A stretch of 63,703 nucleotides of DNA, the filler included, from Diploschistes diacapsis (Eukaryota), in assembly GCA_023645945.1 (NCBI GenBank). It is 6 parts of 6 records of this genome, joined end to end, with 100 filler letters (N's around TTAATTAATTAA, not from the genome) between each part and the next. Parts side by side here need not be neighbours in the genome. Positions count along the whole stretch, not along the records: positions 1 to 29,481 come from JALAIB010000135.1; 5 more parts are not named here. One strand, 5' to 3'. The position numbers and the translations under genes were made by a program. The notes beneath the pieces are model-generated. The model was given only the letters and a program-made list of their open reading frames with translations, had not been told where the DNA came from and made no database searches. Numbering within the stretch: position 1 is the stretch's first letter; every line of letters starts with the position of its first letter. Of this stretch, positions 1-11,641 are shown one piece after another.

Positions 1-594
1 CCCCGACGGCGTCGGCACCGTGGCCGGACTCCCCGCCCCCGCTCCGGCACCCCTCCTAAACCACCCTCCACCAACCCCATTCCCATCCCTCGCGAAGCCC
101 GCAGCAGCAGGACCCGGCGGAGCGCCCTGCGTCAGGGGCTGCGCGTCGCTGGTCGGCAGCGGCGCGAAGTGCGAGTACGAGGTCCCTTCCCCACTTCCAC
201 CTCCACCCGAGACCGCGCCCGAAATTGCCGACGTGGGCGTGGCGGTCGTGCAGTGGTGGTGCGGTGGCCCGGGCAGGCTCACGGACGCGGTGGTCAGGCC
301 TGTGAGGCTTGTGATGGGTAGACCCGAGGGGAGGGAGGAGGCGATGGAGGCTGTGACGGTTGGCGGGGCCGAGGAGGGCTGTGGGGTTGTTGGCCCGGAG
401 CCGCCAGGGACGGAGATGGTGGGGCCGGAGGAGGCGGGGCCGATGGCGGAGGAGACAAGGGTGCCGCTGCAGCAGAGCGTTGAGAAGGGTGTATAGGAGG
501 GGGCGCAGGATTGGGCGTCGATGGGCGCGAGGGGAAGGAGGAGGAGGAGGAGGAGGAGGCGGAGTGGAAAGAGTTGGGGAAGGGAGGAGTGCAT
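1..594 (-). CDS. Secreted Ser/Thr/Pro/Gly-rich protein (3' partial, runs off window)
   Basis: ACCACC-ATG at 594 on the minus strand opens a frame to position 1: MHSSLPQLFPLRLLLLLLLLLPLAPIDAQSCAPSYTPFSTLCCSG..., a signal-peptide-like N-terminus followed by low-complexity S/T/P sequence. Not in the ORF track because no stop falls inside the window. Confidence 0.6.
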   Translation of the reverse strand, partial: MHSSLPQLFPLRLLLLLLLLPLAPIDAQSCAPSYTPFSTLCCSGTLVSSAIGPASSGPTISVPGGSGPTTPQPSSAPPTVTASIASSLPSGLPITSLTGLTTASVSLPGPPHHHCTTATPTSAISGAVSGGGGSGEGTSYSHFAPLPTSDAQPLTQGAPPGPAAAGFARDGNGVGGGWFRRGAGAGAGSPATVPTPSG

Positions 595-1598
595 GGTGGT
601 GAGGTAGAGTACGTGTAGAGTAGAGGGGTGAATAGATGTTTTGGGGCTGTGGACGGTGATTGATAGATTGATTTGGAAGTAATGTGAGCGGTATCTGTCG
701 CGAAACGAAGTCGGGGATAAGTTTGACGGATAGAATGTTCTCACCGGCGGCGTTGGCGGAGTGTTCAGGTACACGTTACTCTCTCTCACATATCCTGTCT
801 AGGTACTTCGTAGCTTGCTTCCATAGCACCGCGATCAAGTTGCAGAGGTCGAGGGATTTGGCCGGCCGAGCTCGAGGTTTATGTAGGTGCTTCTGGCATG
901 GGCTTCAAACAGCGGCCAGCCGTAGCTCCGCATCGGGAGCTCCCTGATTGGGGAATAGTGGGCCGTGAGGATCGGCGGCGTGTGACGCGTTTCTTGAGCT
1001 TCGATTCGAGTGAAGACGTTGAGATGCGGGGTTTGGAACTAGGGGAAGTGCCAAGGCCTGGAGAGTGCTGAGATGTGGCGCATCACCATGGCTGTGGCTG
1101 TGGCTGCTTTGTGGGGAAGTTTTATACAAGACTGTACTGAAGTTGATCACGGGTTCCTTTCTGTAGCTGATCACATATCGTCTTCTTTGCTTTTTCTTTA
1201 GCCTTCCCTATATGTCTCTTGCTCCTATCAACAAAGCTGTCCCAGTCCTTCATAGATAGATCACAGCCGCTGTCTCTGACGTTACATGCGAGCCTGCTTG
1301 TTTTGAGAATCTGCATGATTGTCCGTTTGCTTCCTCCACTATGAGACGAAACATATCTCACTCGAAGCTTTGAATCGTTGTCCACTGCGAGGGTTGTTTC
1401 GTAGGCTTATTGAATGCTCATGGATGAACCTCAGCAGACAAGGATAGCTTGCGACGTGCGTCCAAAGGTGAAAAAGTCCAAGTAGGCAACGTAAGTCGAG
1501 AGTGTCAGGCGATAATAGTGAAACTTATGAACGTCACCTGCTTCGAACCAGCTGCAACACGAGCCGCATGCAAGGTATTATAGAGGCGAACACGGGCT

Positions 1599-2513
1599 TT
1601 AAGGCCCAGTAAGAGCATTGTATGCGAACTGGTAGCTACCCAGAAACACAAAGCCGCCTGCAGAAATCCAGAGAATCCGTGGTCCGATACCAGCGAAAAA
1701 AGCCCTGGGACCAGAGTCTTTCAAGATCTGGCTCAGCAATGGAAGTGTCCTCTGCCTTTCCCGCGATAACATCATACGCGTCTTGAGAACATCCAGCGGC
1801 GTGGTGATACCAGCAGCTACAGCCCCCGCAATACTTCCGAATACTGCGCTATCCAGAGCCGCGACATAATCCTGCCCATTCGTACTCTTGCGCCACTCCT
1901 TCATTGCCTCCCAGAGCGGAAATTGAATGACCGTAAACGGTACCTCACGCATTACCGTAATATTCCAACCCCGATAAAGCTCTCGAAACACACCGTAAAG
2001 ACCAACCGTCCTCCTCTTAGCCAGTATAGCCGCAAGCGCCTCCATCGAACTCCCATACTCTCTAGCCTGTGCCCTCTGCTTCACCACCTCCGTAGGCACT
2101 CTGACCGCACACGCCGCAATCTCCCCAACGCTCGCAGCAAGCATGTGGTTGACCGGCTCCATCCACTGTTTCCACTGCGCACTGTATGCTCTCCGCGAGC
2201 CTTGGCTTCGTGTCAGCACGTCCTTGGTCCATTCATAGCTCACGAAGAATAGCGCCGCGCCAGGCGCGGCCCCGAGCGCCGCAGACCCGACGCCAGCATA
2301 AATACCCCTGAAGCCGCCGGACGTGTGGAAGCCTGCTCGTGACTGGAGGCGGGTCTTGAGAGTGTCTATTGGGTAGAGGGAGATGTCGACTGTGGTGCCT
2401 GCTATTGCGCCAGCCTGGGAGAGCGGTTAGTTGGAGAGTCAAGAGTGCCTTGGGAGAAAGAGAGCGGTTACTATGAGGGCGCGGGAGAAAGGGTTTTCGA
2501 GGCTGTAGGACAT
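1599..2513 (-). CDS. PET8: Mitochondrial S-adenosylmethionine carrier (mitochondrial carrier family), 2 exons
   Basis: Exon 1 2513-2472, GTAACC...CTAAC...CAG intron, exon 2 from 2414. Three carrier signatures (PIDTLKTRLQ, PTEVVKQRAQ, PLDVLKTRMM) plus the Pet8/Sam5-typical REVPFTVIQFPLWE. Confidence 0.92.
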
Positions 2514-2963
2514 TGTATATTCCATGGAGGGTACACCATCTTCATGCGCTGTGTGATAAGATCAGGGCTGCATTTTCAAAGCAGCGTCGATTCTTGACAA
2601 CAAATGCTATATGATTATTCTCGACATATAAAAACTTTTCCGAAAGTACCTCTGTATGACGCTCTTGATTATTGGAAAAACGCTGTCACGTGCCGACGCA
2701 GATCTGAGGAGCCCATTATTTTCAACTTCCGAGCTCTCCAGGGTCATTGCGTGTTGCCTGCTGCAAAATGCTCCAAAAGCTTCTTCAACTTTTAATATCT
2801 AAATGTATCTCTTACTTGAAGTCGTTCACCAACAATCATAGCCGCCGGATTAGACAATAGCGCTGTTCTTGTCGGCCGAAGACATGATGATTTCTTTGAG
2901 GCATTCCATGAATCTTGATGATAGAAGCTACAACACAATAAGGGTCAACATAGCTTTGCATCC

Positions 2964-5149
2964 ATGAGCGTTATCGTATCGCTGCGGTCTTCTGGATCTA
3001 AAGCAGTGTCAAAAGCAGTGTGCCATCTTGACAATGAACCTATTACTGCTGCGGAGTTTGACAGAGCAGTCTCGAAAACGTTCAGGATCTCTGGAACTAC
3101 TCGACATGCCAAGATTGGTATCAAAATCTTTTGTGTTCATTGGATTCATTACTGAGAAAATGTGGCAGGTCTTGCAATCAGTGGTGGAGTCGACTCCATT
3201 GCATTGGCCTACCTATGGCGCCGAAGAATGAAAAACTCGTACCAGCGTTATCAAGGGCTCATAGTTGATCACAGTTCGTGGCACGGCAGCTTTCGTGAAG
3301 CCAAAGAAACAAAGGCTATTCTCGACAATCGCCTGGCATTCCGTTCTAGTGCGTACTTGTTATTCTGTCTCTGTCCTTTCTCTCACCGCGAGCAGGAGAT
3401 GCAGCACAGCCAAAGATATTTACACTTCAATGGCCACCGCGTCCACTCCCTATGCAGTTGCCGAATTTCGAAAGTGAAGCTCGGCGCCTCCGATATGAAG
3501 CTCTTGGGATAGGTTCGGTAAGGCGCAATATCGAGACTATCCTTGTTGCTCACCATGCCGACGATCAAGCCGAGACGATTCTTGCTCGGCTCGCGAACAA
3601 TCATCGCGGTAGCGGGCTCACTGCAATGAAGCTTTCAGCTCAGATACCAGAGTGTCGAGGTATTTTCGGTGCTTATGAAAGTGGCAAATTTATGGATCCC
3701 GAATATGAGCAATCCTCCGGCAGCTATGTAGGTGGCCCTGAGGAAGGTGGGATTACAGTCCAGAGACCTCTTCTAGATTTTCCGAAATCTAGGCTTGTGG
3801 CTACTTGCAGAGCTGGGGACATACCTTGGGTTGAAGACAAGACTAATCAAGACCATACGCTTACGACACGGAATGCCATTAGGAAACTACTCAGTGAAAA
3901 CCTGTTGCCCGCCGCTTTGCGTCGTGATTCGCTACTCAAGTTCTCCGAGAACATCAGAGAGAGTATCGAGGATCAAGAAAGTCTTGCCAACAAGCTGTGG
4001 GTAGCAAGCGATGCCCGCTTTGACTTACGTTCGGGTTGCCTTACCGTAGAACTTCCGGATCCAGAGCTCATTTTCAAACGGGAATGGTCTTGGTGGACCT
4101 TCGAGTGGAAGCAGCAAATCTGTAAATTATACTTGCGGTCACTCGGTCAATGCGTCGTTGCCCATGAGACTATGCGCTTGACGTCTCTTGAACGTGCGCT
4201 GGAGGTTGTCTTCCCCAAGAGCTTCTCGAACCTGGAACACCCACGAGAGCAGATGATGGTGGAAGCGGGCGGCGTGATCTTCGAGAAGGCGAAAAAAAGC
4301 GGCACTTCGGCGGAGTGGATTGTGTCCCGCCGACCTTACAGTTTCGGTGATGCTCCTATTCCAATGCCTGTTCCTGCCGAGCATCTTGCTCCGGGGAGAA
4401 CCATTGAGTCTTTGAGATCGCCAAACTATCTCATGGACCATACGCAGCTATGGGACGGCCGGTTTTGGATCAACATCCGCAACCTTGGGCAAGAGACCGT
4501 TTTTGTAGTACACCTGCTACCTAAGTACTTGAACAGGTTCAAGAAGGGCTTGCCCCAAGAAAAGAGGAAGTTGTTGGAAACTCTCCTAAGCCAGGTGGCA
4601 CCTCGCAAAATCCGCTGGACCTTACCAGCGATAGTATTGTTACGCCGCTTCCCCCCCCGGAAAAAAAGTGGTCCAAAACACAAGTACTCACCCATCAAGG
4701 GAAACCTGTTCAGAAACATCCCTACGGAAAGTGACATGGAAACACGGGACGAGCAACCCTTATCTGGCGATAATACACCGGGAGCCGACAACAGCTACAA
4801 GCCCTTGGGCGTTGTAAGCACCTCCACCTCTGATCCCGTTAAGGAGAAAACCGGAGAACCTGCAACAAAGATGATAAGCTACGACTTGGGAATAATGTAC
4901 TCGGAAGAGGAGATACAGGATGCGGAAATCATTGCGCTGCCAACCATGGGGTTTGTTCTTGATGAATGGAAGGACAAGCTGATCTGGGACATCAAGCACA
5001 AGAAGCTTCCGCTGCAAGGGTTCCAGAGCGCCCAATGGCCAAATCTGGCGGAATACCCGCATATTGTGAGGAAGAGGGCCGAATCTAGCAGACTGCCCAC
5101 ACGTCCTGAGGAGAGCTATAATGATGCATGGATGGAAGATTTAGAGTAG
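2964..5149 (+). CDS. tilS: tRNA(Ile)-lysidine synthase-like PP-loop ATPase, 3 exons
   Basis: Introns 3118-3168 and 3349-3395 join three ORFs in frame. Motifs AISGGVDS (PP-loop), IVDH, EARRLRY, AHHADDQAET, RPLL and EDKTN...TRNAIR match the TilS/MesJ family. Confidence 0.85.
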
Positions 5150-5738
5150 CACTGTATATCATGGTATTATGTATTCTAGCTCATACTGCTAAAACTGCTA
5201 ATTGGTATTTTGGTTTGTCTTGTTGTTGATAGCTGGTTTTTGTGAGATATCGTGTCTCGGGGACATCATCTGTTGTTGGATAAAAAGGCATAGAAAGCAG
5301 TAAATTTCCGAATAAACCATCAAATTTTCATCTCCTTGTAGCAGAGTCTGCTCGATCGATTGCTCCTTAGTACATAACCACTTCCCAATCCTCCGGTTCC
5401 TAGTCTTAGCACCTTTGGGTAAGGTTTCATGCGCTTGCAGGTATGGTGATGAGTTTGCTCAAGCGAACCTCTCTCGTACATCGCCTCTTCCTATCTCCCC
5501 ACTCTTCCACTCTCCTCTTGTACGCGGTAAAACCCCGAGCTAAACCCGGACCCCGTCCTCCTCATAATCGCAATAGGATAAGAAGCGAAAGAAGGAGACG
5601 GAGACACCGGAGTCACCACACCAAACCACCAATCTCATCACAACCCACCACCTCGGCCAAGTTTCGAAAAGTCGTTTCCCAAAAACTAGCTCTGCCATCT
5701 CAGCTCCTCCATCCGCTACCTTCGTCTCCCCACCCCCC

Positions 5739-6989
5739 CTAAACCCCAAGATGCGTCCTCACATGCTTCCCCAAATCCTGGCTCCGCCGGAACCTCTTCC
5801 CGCACACGTCACAGGCCAGCGGCTTGTAGGCCCCCATATGGATCCTCACGTGCGACGTGATGTGGTCCCTCTTCGCGGCGGTGAAGCGGCAGCCGGCCCA
5901 GCCACACGTCAGGTTCAGATTGCCCGTCTTCTTGCGCCCGATGTGCTCTTCGTTGACGTGCTCGAGCAGCGCGCTGGTGTCGGGATAGGTGTTGGTGCAG
6001 AGGCGCCAGTGGCAGGGGTGGGTGGCTGAGGCGGGGATGGTGGTGCTGATGGCTAGACAAGGGCGGGAGGTCGGAGTGGGAGCCGGAGCTGGAGTTGAGG
6101 CTGATGCTGGAGCCGAAGCCGAAGTTGAAGCTGACGCCGATGCTGAGATTGGAGCTGCGGGTTGGCCTGAGGGCGCAGCGCGAGCGGCAGCGGGACGTGA
6201 AGGTGAGGAGGAAGTGGAAGTGGAAGGGGAGGAGAGAGACGAATCCGAATTCGCGCGCGGTGCCTTCTTCTTCTCTTTGAGCCCCATGTGGTCTTCGTGC
6301 AGATGCTTGATGAAGGCATCCGTGTCAGTGTAGGTGTTGGTGCAGGTGCTCCAGTGGCAGTAGTGGGCAGGTGCTGTGGTGGTTGTGGAGGTGATGAAGT
6401 GCGGAGATTTGCGGGCGGTGGGAGGGGGTGCTGAAGCAGAAGTGGGGACGGGAGCTGCAACTGGAATTGAGACTGCGGCTGGACCCGGAGCGGCATCGGC
6501 ATCGGAAGGGGGAGGGGAAGGTGAAGAGTCGGGGAAAGCGGAAGAGGAAACAATAGACAGAGCGGAGTGGGCGAACCGTTCGAGCCGTTGCGCTGGTGGC
6601 TCGGGCCTGCGAAAGCCGAGGATGGTGCGTCCACTCCGGCTGCTCCTCGGCGTGTTCATATGTGTCGAATCCAGAGCGGGTCCAGCGGGCGGGCTGAGGA
6701 GCTTCGCGTGCTTGACTCCATGCACGGAATCAAAGTCCGAAGAGTCTGACCTGCCAGATGCGTCCTGCTCTGAGCTCCTCGCGGTCCTCTTATCCATGTC
6801 TGAGGCACCACGTTTTCTATAGCCAGAGGCAGGAGCGCTGGCCAAACTGCCTGTCATTCCCAGCACTGGGGTACCAGAGTCTGATGCCTGATGCTTGACT
6901 CGCTGGAAGACAGGCAGTTTGCCGTGTTCAAAGGTCTTGCTGGACGCCCTGTTGTTGCTCATCATGTTGTCGGGCGATTTTCCTGCCAT
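5739..6989 (-). CDS. C2H2 zinc-finger protein with a PacC/Rim101-type triple finger at the extreme C-terminus plus an extra upstream finger
   Basis: CHWRLC...[24 protein letters not shown]...[12 protein letters not shown]...[25 protein letters not shown] closely follows the PacC DNA-binding domain. Start codon uncertain. Confidence 0.8.
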   Translation of the reverse strand: MAGKSPDNMMSNNRASSKTFEHGKLPVFQRVKHQASDSGTPVLGMTGSLASAPASGYRKRGASDMDKRTARSSEQDASGRSDSSDFDSVHGVKHAKLLSPPAGPALDSTHMNTPRSSRSGRTILGFRRPEPPAQRLERFAHSALSIVSSSAFPDSSPSPPPSDADAAPGPAAVSIPVAAPVPTSASAPPPTARKSPHFITSTTTTAPAHYCHWSTCTNTYTDTDAFIKHLHEDHMGLKEKKKAPRANSDSSLSSPSTSTSSSPSRPAAARAAPSGQPAAPISASASASTSASAPASASTPAPAPTPTSRPCLAISTTIPASATHPCHWRLCTNTYPDTSALLEHVNEEHIGRKKTGNLNLTCGWAGCRFTAAKRDHITSHVRIHMGAYKPLACDVCGKRFRRSQDLGKHVRTHLGV

Positions 6990-7446
6990 ATGTTATAAAG
7001 TTGAAAATTTCACAACATGCGACAGGAACATGCGAAGCTTTTGTAGGGAGCTCGGCACTAAAACTGCCGAGTTCATAACGTTCAGCCTGACATAAAGTAG
7101 GCGAAACAATACGGGCACCATTGTCTGAGGTGCCGGCTTGCTTGCTGAAGCGGTAAGAAAAGTATACATGAGTAGATATATCCAGTCCGGAGAAATGACA
7201 GCAGGAGAAGATGTCCATATACGAGAGAAGAGTCTGAAATGATGCTTACCTTGTGTTGGAAAATGTCAATTTCCTTGCTTTCAAGAAAGACACAAGGAAC
7301 GCACAAACCACTCACTTCATGGGGGAAATGTAACTCAGCGTTGTGTTCATAACAACGCCATAAAGCAAAAGCACCAACTTGCAAAGGCGAATGTGTGGAC
7401 TTGTTCTCGTATCAAAGCTTGCAAAATATACTTCTCTGCAGCTGCA

Positions 7447-8758
7447 TCATCCCTCTCCATCCAATGCCCCATTTACAGCACCATCACCATCATGCCCCAA
7501 CCCCTGCATTAACCTCTCCTCCTCCTTTCTTGCCCTCGCCTGTTCTGTTTCAAGCCTCAATTGCTGCAGATTCCAACCGAAGCCATCTGTTTCCTCGTCC
7601 TCGTCCTCACTTTCTTCCCAGCCGCCTTTCTCAAACAGTGCTCTACCCGTGTCTTCCTTGGCTTTCCGGGCAGCCTCCTCCGCTGCCTTCTTGTCAAGGC
7701 GCTCCTTCTTCCACTTGGCAAATGTCTCTGGATTTACTGGGGTTAACGTGCCGGTGAGCTTATGCCGTTCCGACTCCAGGAAATCTTCTAATGTAAGGGT
7801 GTTGAGTGGAGATTTGTCCATGAGGGCCTTCTCGGCCGCCCGCTGCTCTTTGGTTTTTAAAACAAAACTATCAGCCCAGTCAGCAGACGTCTTAGCATGC
7901 AATTGCGATGCCTTCCATACCCGGGGGGCAGGCTATGCTTGTATTTACATTCGTTTCCCCCATTTGGACATACCCAGAACCATCCGTATTTCTGGTTCTC
8001 GACAGCGTCGATGAAGTACTTGCAGACCTTGTCCGTGGTTGTCTTTGGGTTACCGTGCTTGCTCATGACTACCTCTCGTAGCTTGGCTGCAGAGCAAGGC
8101 ATTAGCCCCGTTTCGAGAATTAATGCAAGTCAGAGAAAGCATACCTTCGTCCCAGTCCGCCATATCGTCCTTTTGCTTCTCATCGCCCTCTTTATCTCTC
8201 GAGTCGCTGTACAGATCTCTCTTCTCCGCTTTTCTTTCCACAGCCAGGTCGTGCGCAAACTTGCACTTCTTTCCCTTCTCGCAATTGCCCTTCTTCCAGA
8301 ATTGGCACACCACAGTTTTGGGGTCGACGCCGAACGGCACTTTTTGTACTTGGACGGGCTTGAACAGCTCGGCTGTTTCTTTCTGGGCTTGCTCCGCAGC
8401 CTTCTTCTCCTTCTCTTTAGCTTCCTTTTCTGCCTGTTTTCGTTTCTCTTCGGGCGTCTTTGCTTGAGATTGAGCTTGTTTCATTTGCGCTATTTGCTTC
8501 TGGGCAGTTGCACCTTTTTTCTATAGTCTCATGAGTCTTTGACCTTCGATAGCAGTACCGCCTCAGGAACTCGGAGGGGGAGAGAGATGTGCGTTTGGAG
8601 GCTTGCGGAATGTTGGCGATGACTTACGTTCTTCATACCGAATGCCTAGCGAAGTAAGCATGGTTTACACCTCGCATACTGCGGGCAATTCTTACCTTAT
8701 CCACCGCTACCTTCGCGGCAGCAGGGGCTTTCTGCTTCTGATCCTTCTTGGGAGGCAT
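7447..8758 (-). CDS. TMA46: CCCH zinc-finger translation machinery-associated protein 46 (ZC3H15/DFRP1), multi-exon
   Basis: MPPKK start at 8758, micro-exon AFGMKN, then [54 protein letters not shown] and [18 protein letters not shown] introns. Confidence 0.93.
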
Positions 8759-9217
8759 CTTGAAATTCCTTTTGGTAAATGCGGAGTCGCCCTAGCGCGG
8801 AGGAGACGATTGATGATTGAGATGGAAAAATGGGGAGGTTCATGGGTGAACGGCTTTTTTGACAGGATTAGTGCAAAGATAAGTCATGAATGTAGATTGA
8901 ATGTTGATATCAGTTATGTTAGGAAGCGCTTGCGAAGTCAAAGACATTCTTCGGCCGTAGTTTATCGCGGCTACTATCGCGGCTACTACGTAGTTTATCG
9001 CGTCTGTAGTAGCGGGGTGACTCGTGTCGATCCTCGATCTTTGAGTCTATAGTAAGGTCGAACTATTCACATTTTATTGATTTCGTACTAGACTCACCCT
9101 GTTAGCAAGCCTTAATATTGATGCCTGCGCAAAATAGTTGATTTCTTAGACGTTGTGGAAGTTTATTCAGGTGGCCTAAAAGCACTGGCTCGTAGTAACT
9201 GCATTGAATCTTACTAC

Positions 9218-10236
9218 CTAGCCTTCCTTCATCCCCTTGACAACATTTGCAACAACTTCTTCCATGTTCTCTTTCGGCAGCTCGAGCAAATCATTCGCAG
9301 TCATCCTATGCTCCGCATGGTCCCCTCCATAGCCAGCTACGGTGCAGATGTACTGGAGCAACAATGGTCGTCCGGCATTCCACTCACCCTTGGACATCCT
9401 TTCTAGTCCTGCTTTCTTTTGCTCCTCCGCATCCACATAAGTAACATTCCACTTGTCTCCCGTTGCTTTCTCAAGCGCTGCAAGGACCTGTTTCGGCGAG
9501 ACAGTGAAGGAATGGATATACATGGATTTGTTCGCCGTCTTCTGCGGGTGGAGCAGCGCATTCTTGACTGCAAGGCCGACCGTGGACAGCGTGGTGGTGG
9601 AGAAGCGGTCAGTGCCGTTGTTAAGGATTCTAGCTTTATGCTCCTTCACGTTGAGTCCCATGTATCCCAGCTTCAAGCTTCTTAATCCAATGAGTTAGTA
9701 CCGAAGTCAAAGTGAGATCAGCCACCCAACGTCATATCGTCGAAGTCTCCCTCGCGGGAAATCGAGAATCCAACTTACAGATCAAAAAACCACCCAGTGA
9801 CAAAGGTCGTCCAGCTCAACCCTTCCTTTTCGTTCCCCTTGAGGTAGTCGATAATATCCTTCTTCACCCCAAAATACTGCGGAAGTACCTCCACCGCCTT
9901 CTGATTACCTATGTCTCCTCCAAACTCACTCGACACGAATCTCGTGACGCCTGCCTTGACAGCGGCGTCAATGAGTTTCTTCTGCGTTGTTACGCTCTCG
10001 CTGGCAACGGTCGAGATGACGGCATCTTGGCCCTTGAATGCTGTGAGGAGGTCTGGCTCCGGGTAGTCATCGCCGGTGCGGTGATCAGCTATGCCTGGAG
10101 GGAAATGGGAAATGGAGGAGTGCCGAGCCAAGACTGAAAGGGCAAAGGAGGGTTCAGTAGAAAGAGCAGAAAGGATAGTGGGCCCTAGGCGGCCGCCCGC
10201 ACCGACCACGAGAACGTTTTTGATGTTGGAAGCCAT
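9218..10236 (-). CDS. NmrA-like / isoflavone-reductase-family oxidoreductase, 2 exons
   Basis: VLVVGAGGRLG Rossmann motif, GQDAVIS, LIDAAVKAGVTRFVSSEFG and TGWFFD. Intron at about 9778-9680. Confidence 0.85.
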
Positions 10237-11099
10237 ATGGATAGAGACTGAAGCTGGAACTGAAGCATCTTGAGGCCTAATAAATACTGTTTTCCCAAGC
10301 TATAGGGACATGTCGATGTAGGTCGTGACGGGGAATTGGTAGGCATTCAAAGCCCGTTATGTATAGCTTCCTCATATGTTGAGGCTCGCTTCGGGGTGAT
10401 ACGGTATTTGTTAGAAAGAGAAGCAACGGAGTTTTTTGTGCTTTGAAATCAAGAACCCGCTTGTTTCGGGCTAACATCAGAAGTGCGTTACCTTTCCCTT
10501 CTTCCGGACTGGGCCTAGATCGAAAAGGCGCTACTCATCCTCTGCTATTTGATTATTGATATCTAGCTAGTAGTCGAAGCCCCAAAATGATGTCCTATCA
10601 GTCAGACGCCTCGAGAATGGCCTTGAACTGATGTTGCAACGTGACTTATGCCAAGACTCGCTAAGGGAGCGGAACAATGTTTACCCTAACGAAGGAATAG
10701 AGTTAAGCGAGCACGTGACGGGGACGCAACGTAGCTCGAAACCATTCTAGCAGCTAATTACTAGAAATAAGTCATCAACATGATTCAGCTTCAAAATGAA
10801 CGACAGCTGCGAGTAGCTTAACACAGGACAATATTGGTGTTAATTCCCATTTAATACAGTCGCTGTAGGCTTCCCAACGTCCCTACGATCATTTGAGCTC
10901 TAAGAACTTTGTGTGACATATACTGACATCCGCAGTCTCCTACCACCTATCCACCCAGCCTCCACCTCCACTGAACCAGCACATTTCCTCTTCAAGGCCA
11001 TTAGCTTCACCCTCCTGATTATCATCTACCCACCATTTCCTCCTCCCATTACATATAACTTCGCCCTAAGCCTAAAACAGCCATTCGCCCTCTACGAAA

Positions 11100-11285
11100 A
11101 TGATTTCCGACAATGAGCTCTACTCCCTCGCCATATTTCTTGGCTCGCTTGCCATGCTCCTCATAGTCCTATACCATTTCCTCGAGATCAACGCTGTGGA
11201 AGGAGCCCCTGCGGGCTTAGAAAAGGAGAAGGGAACAAAGGCCGCGTCGAGACCAAGGAGCGCGATTGAGAAGGCGGCCAGGTAG
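11100..11285 (+). CDS. OST4: Oligosaccharyltransferase small subunit Ost4
   Basis: MISDNELYSLAIFLGSLAMLLIVLYHFLEIN matches the Ost4 consensus (MI(S/T)D..L..LA..LG...M.LIV.YH). Confidence 0.9.
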   Translation: MISDNELYSLAIFLGSLAMLLIVLYHFLEINAVEGAPAGLEKEKGTKAASRPRSAIEKAAR

Positions 11286-11641
11286 AGATAGTGAAAGGAT
11301 TAAGGCGAGGAAGCAGAGAAGAAATAATCAAGATGAGGAGACTGGGATTCATCTTGGATGACAACCAAGATAAATGCAGCATAAGCAAGTGGACTGTTAA
11401 AGGTTGAACAGGAAGATTTACGTCGGCGTGTATGAATCCAGTACGGGATTGGAACTGGCTGTCTGAAGAGGATGCAACACGAGTTTTCTGCACTGAGCAT
11501 CGACAATGCTTGCGATCGTCCATTGATGATGAGATACCTATGCGTGTTTCTAAATACGTGCATTATAAACTAGCATCTGGAGTTTCGAAACAAGTTCTTC
11601 AATGAGTGCCCTTGGTAGGTAGCATGAAAGCTTGTAAGCCT

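Noticed and set aside
20..602. Plus-strand ORFs 20-496 and 360-602
   Set aside because: Better explained as the antisense of the minus-strand signal-peptide ORF starting at 594.
905..1385. Short minus-strand ORFs between the first gene and PET8
   Set aside because: No recognisable motifs or convincing splice structure.
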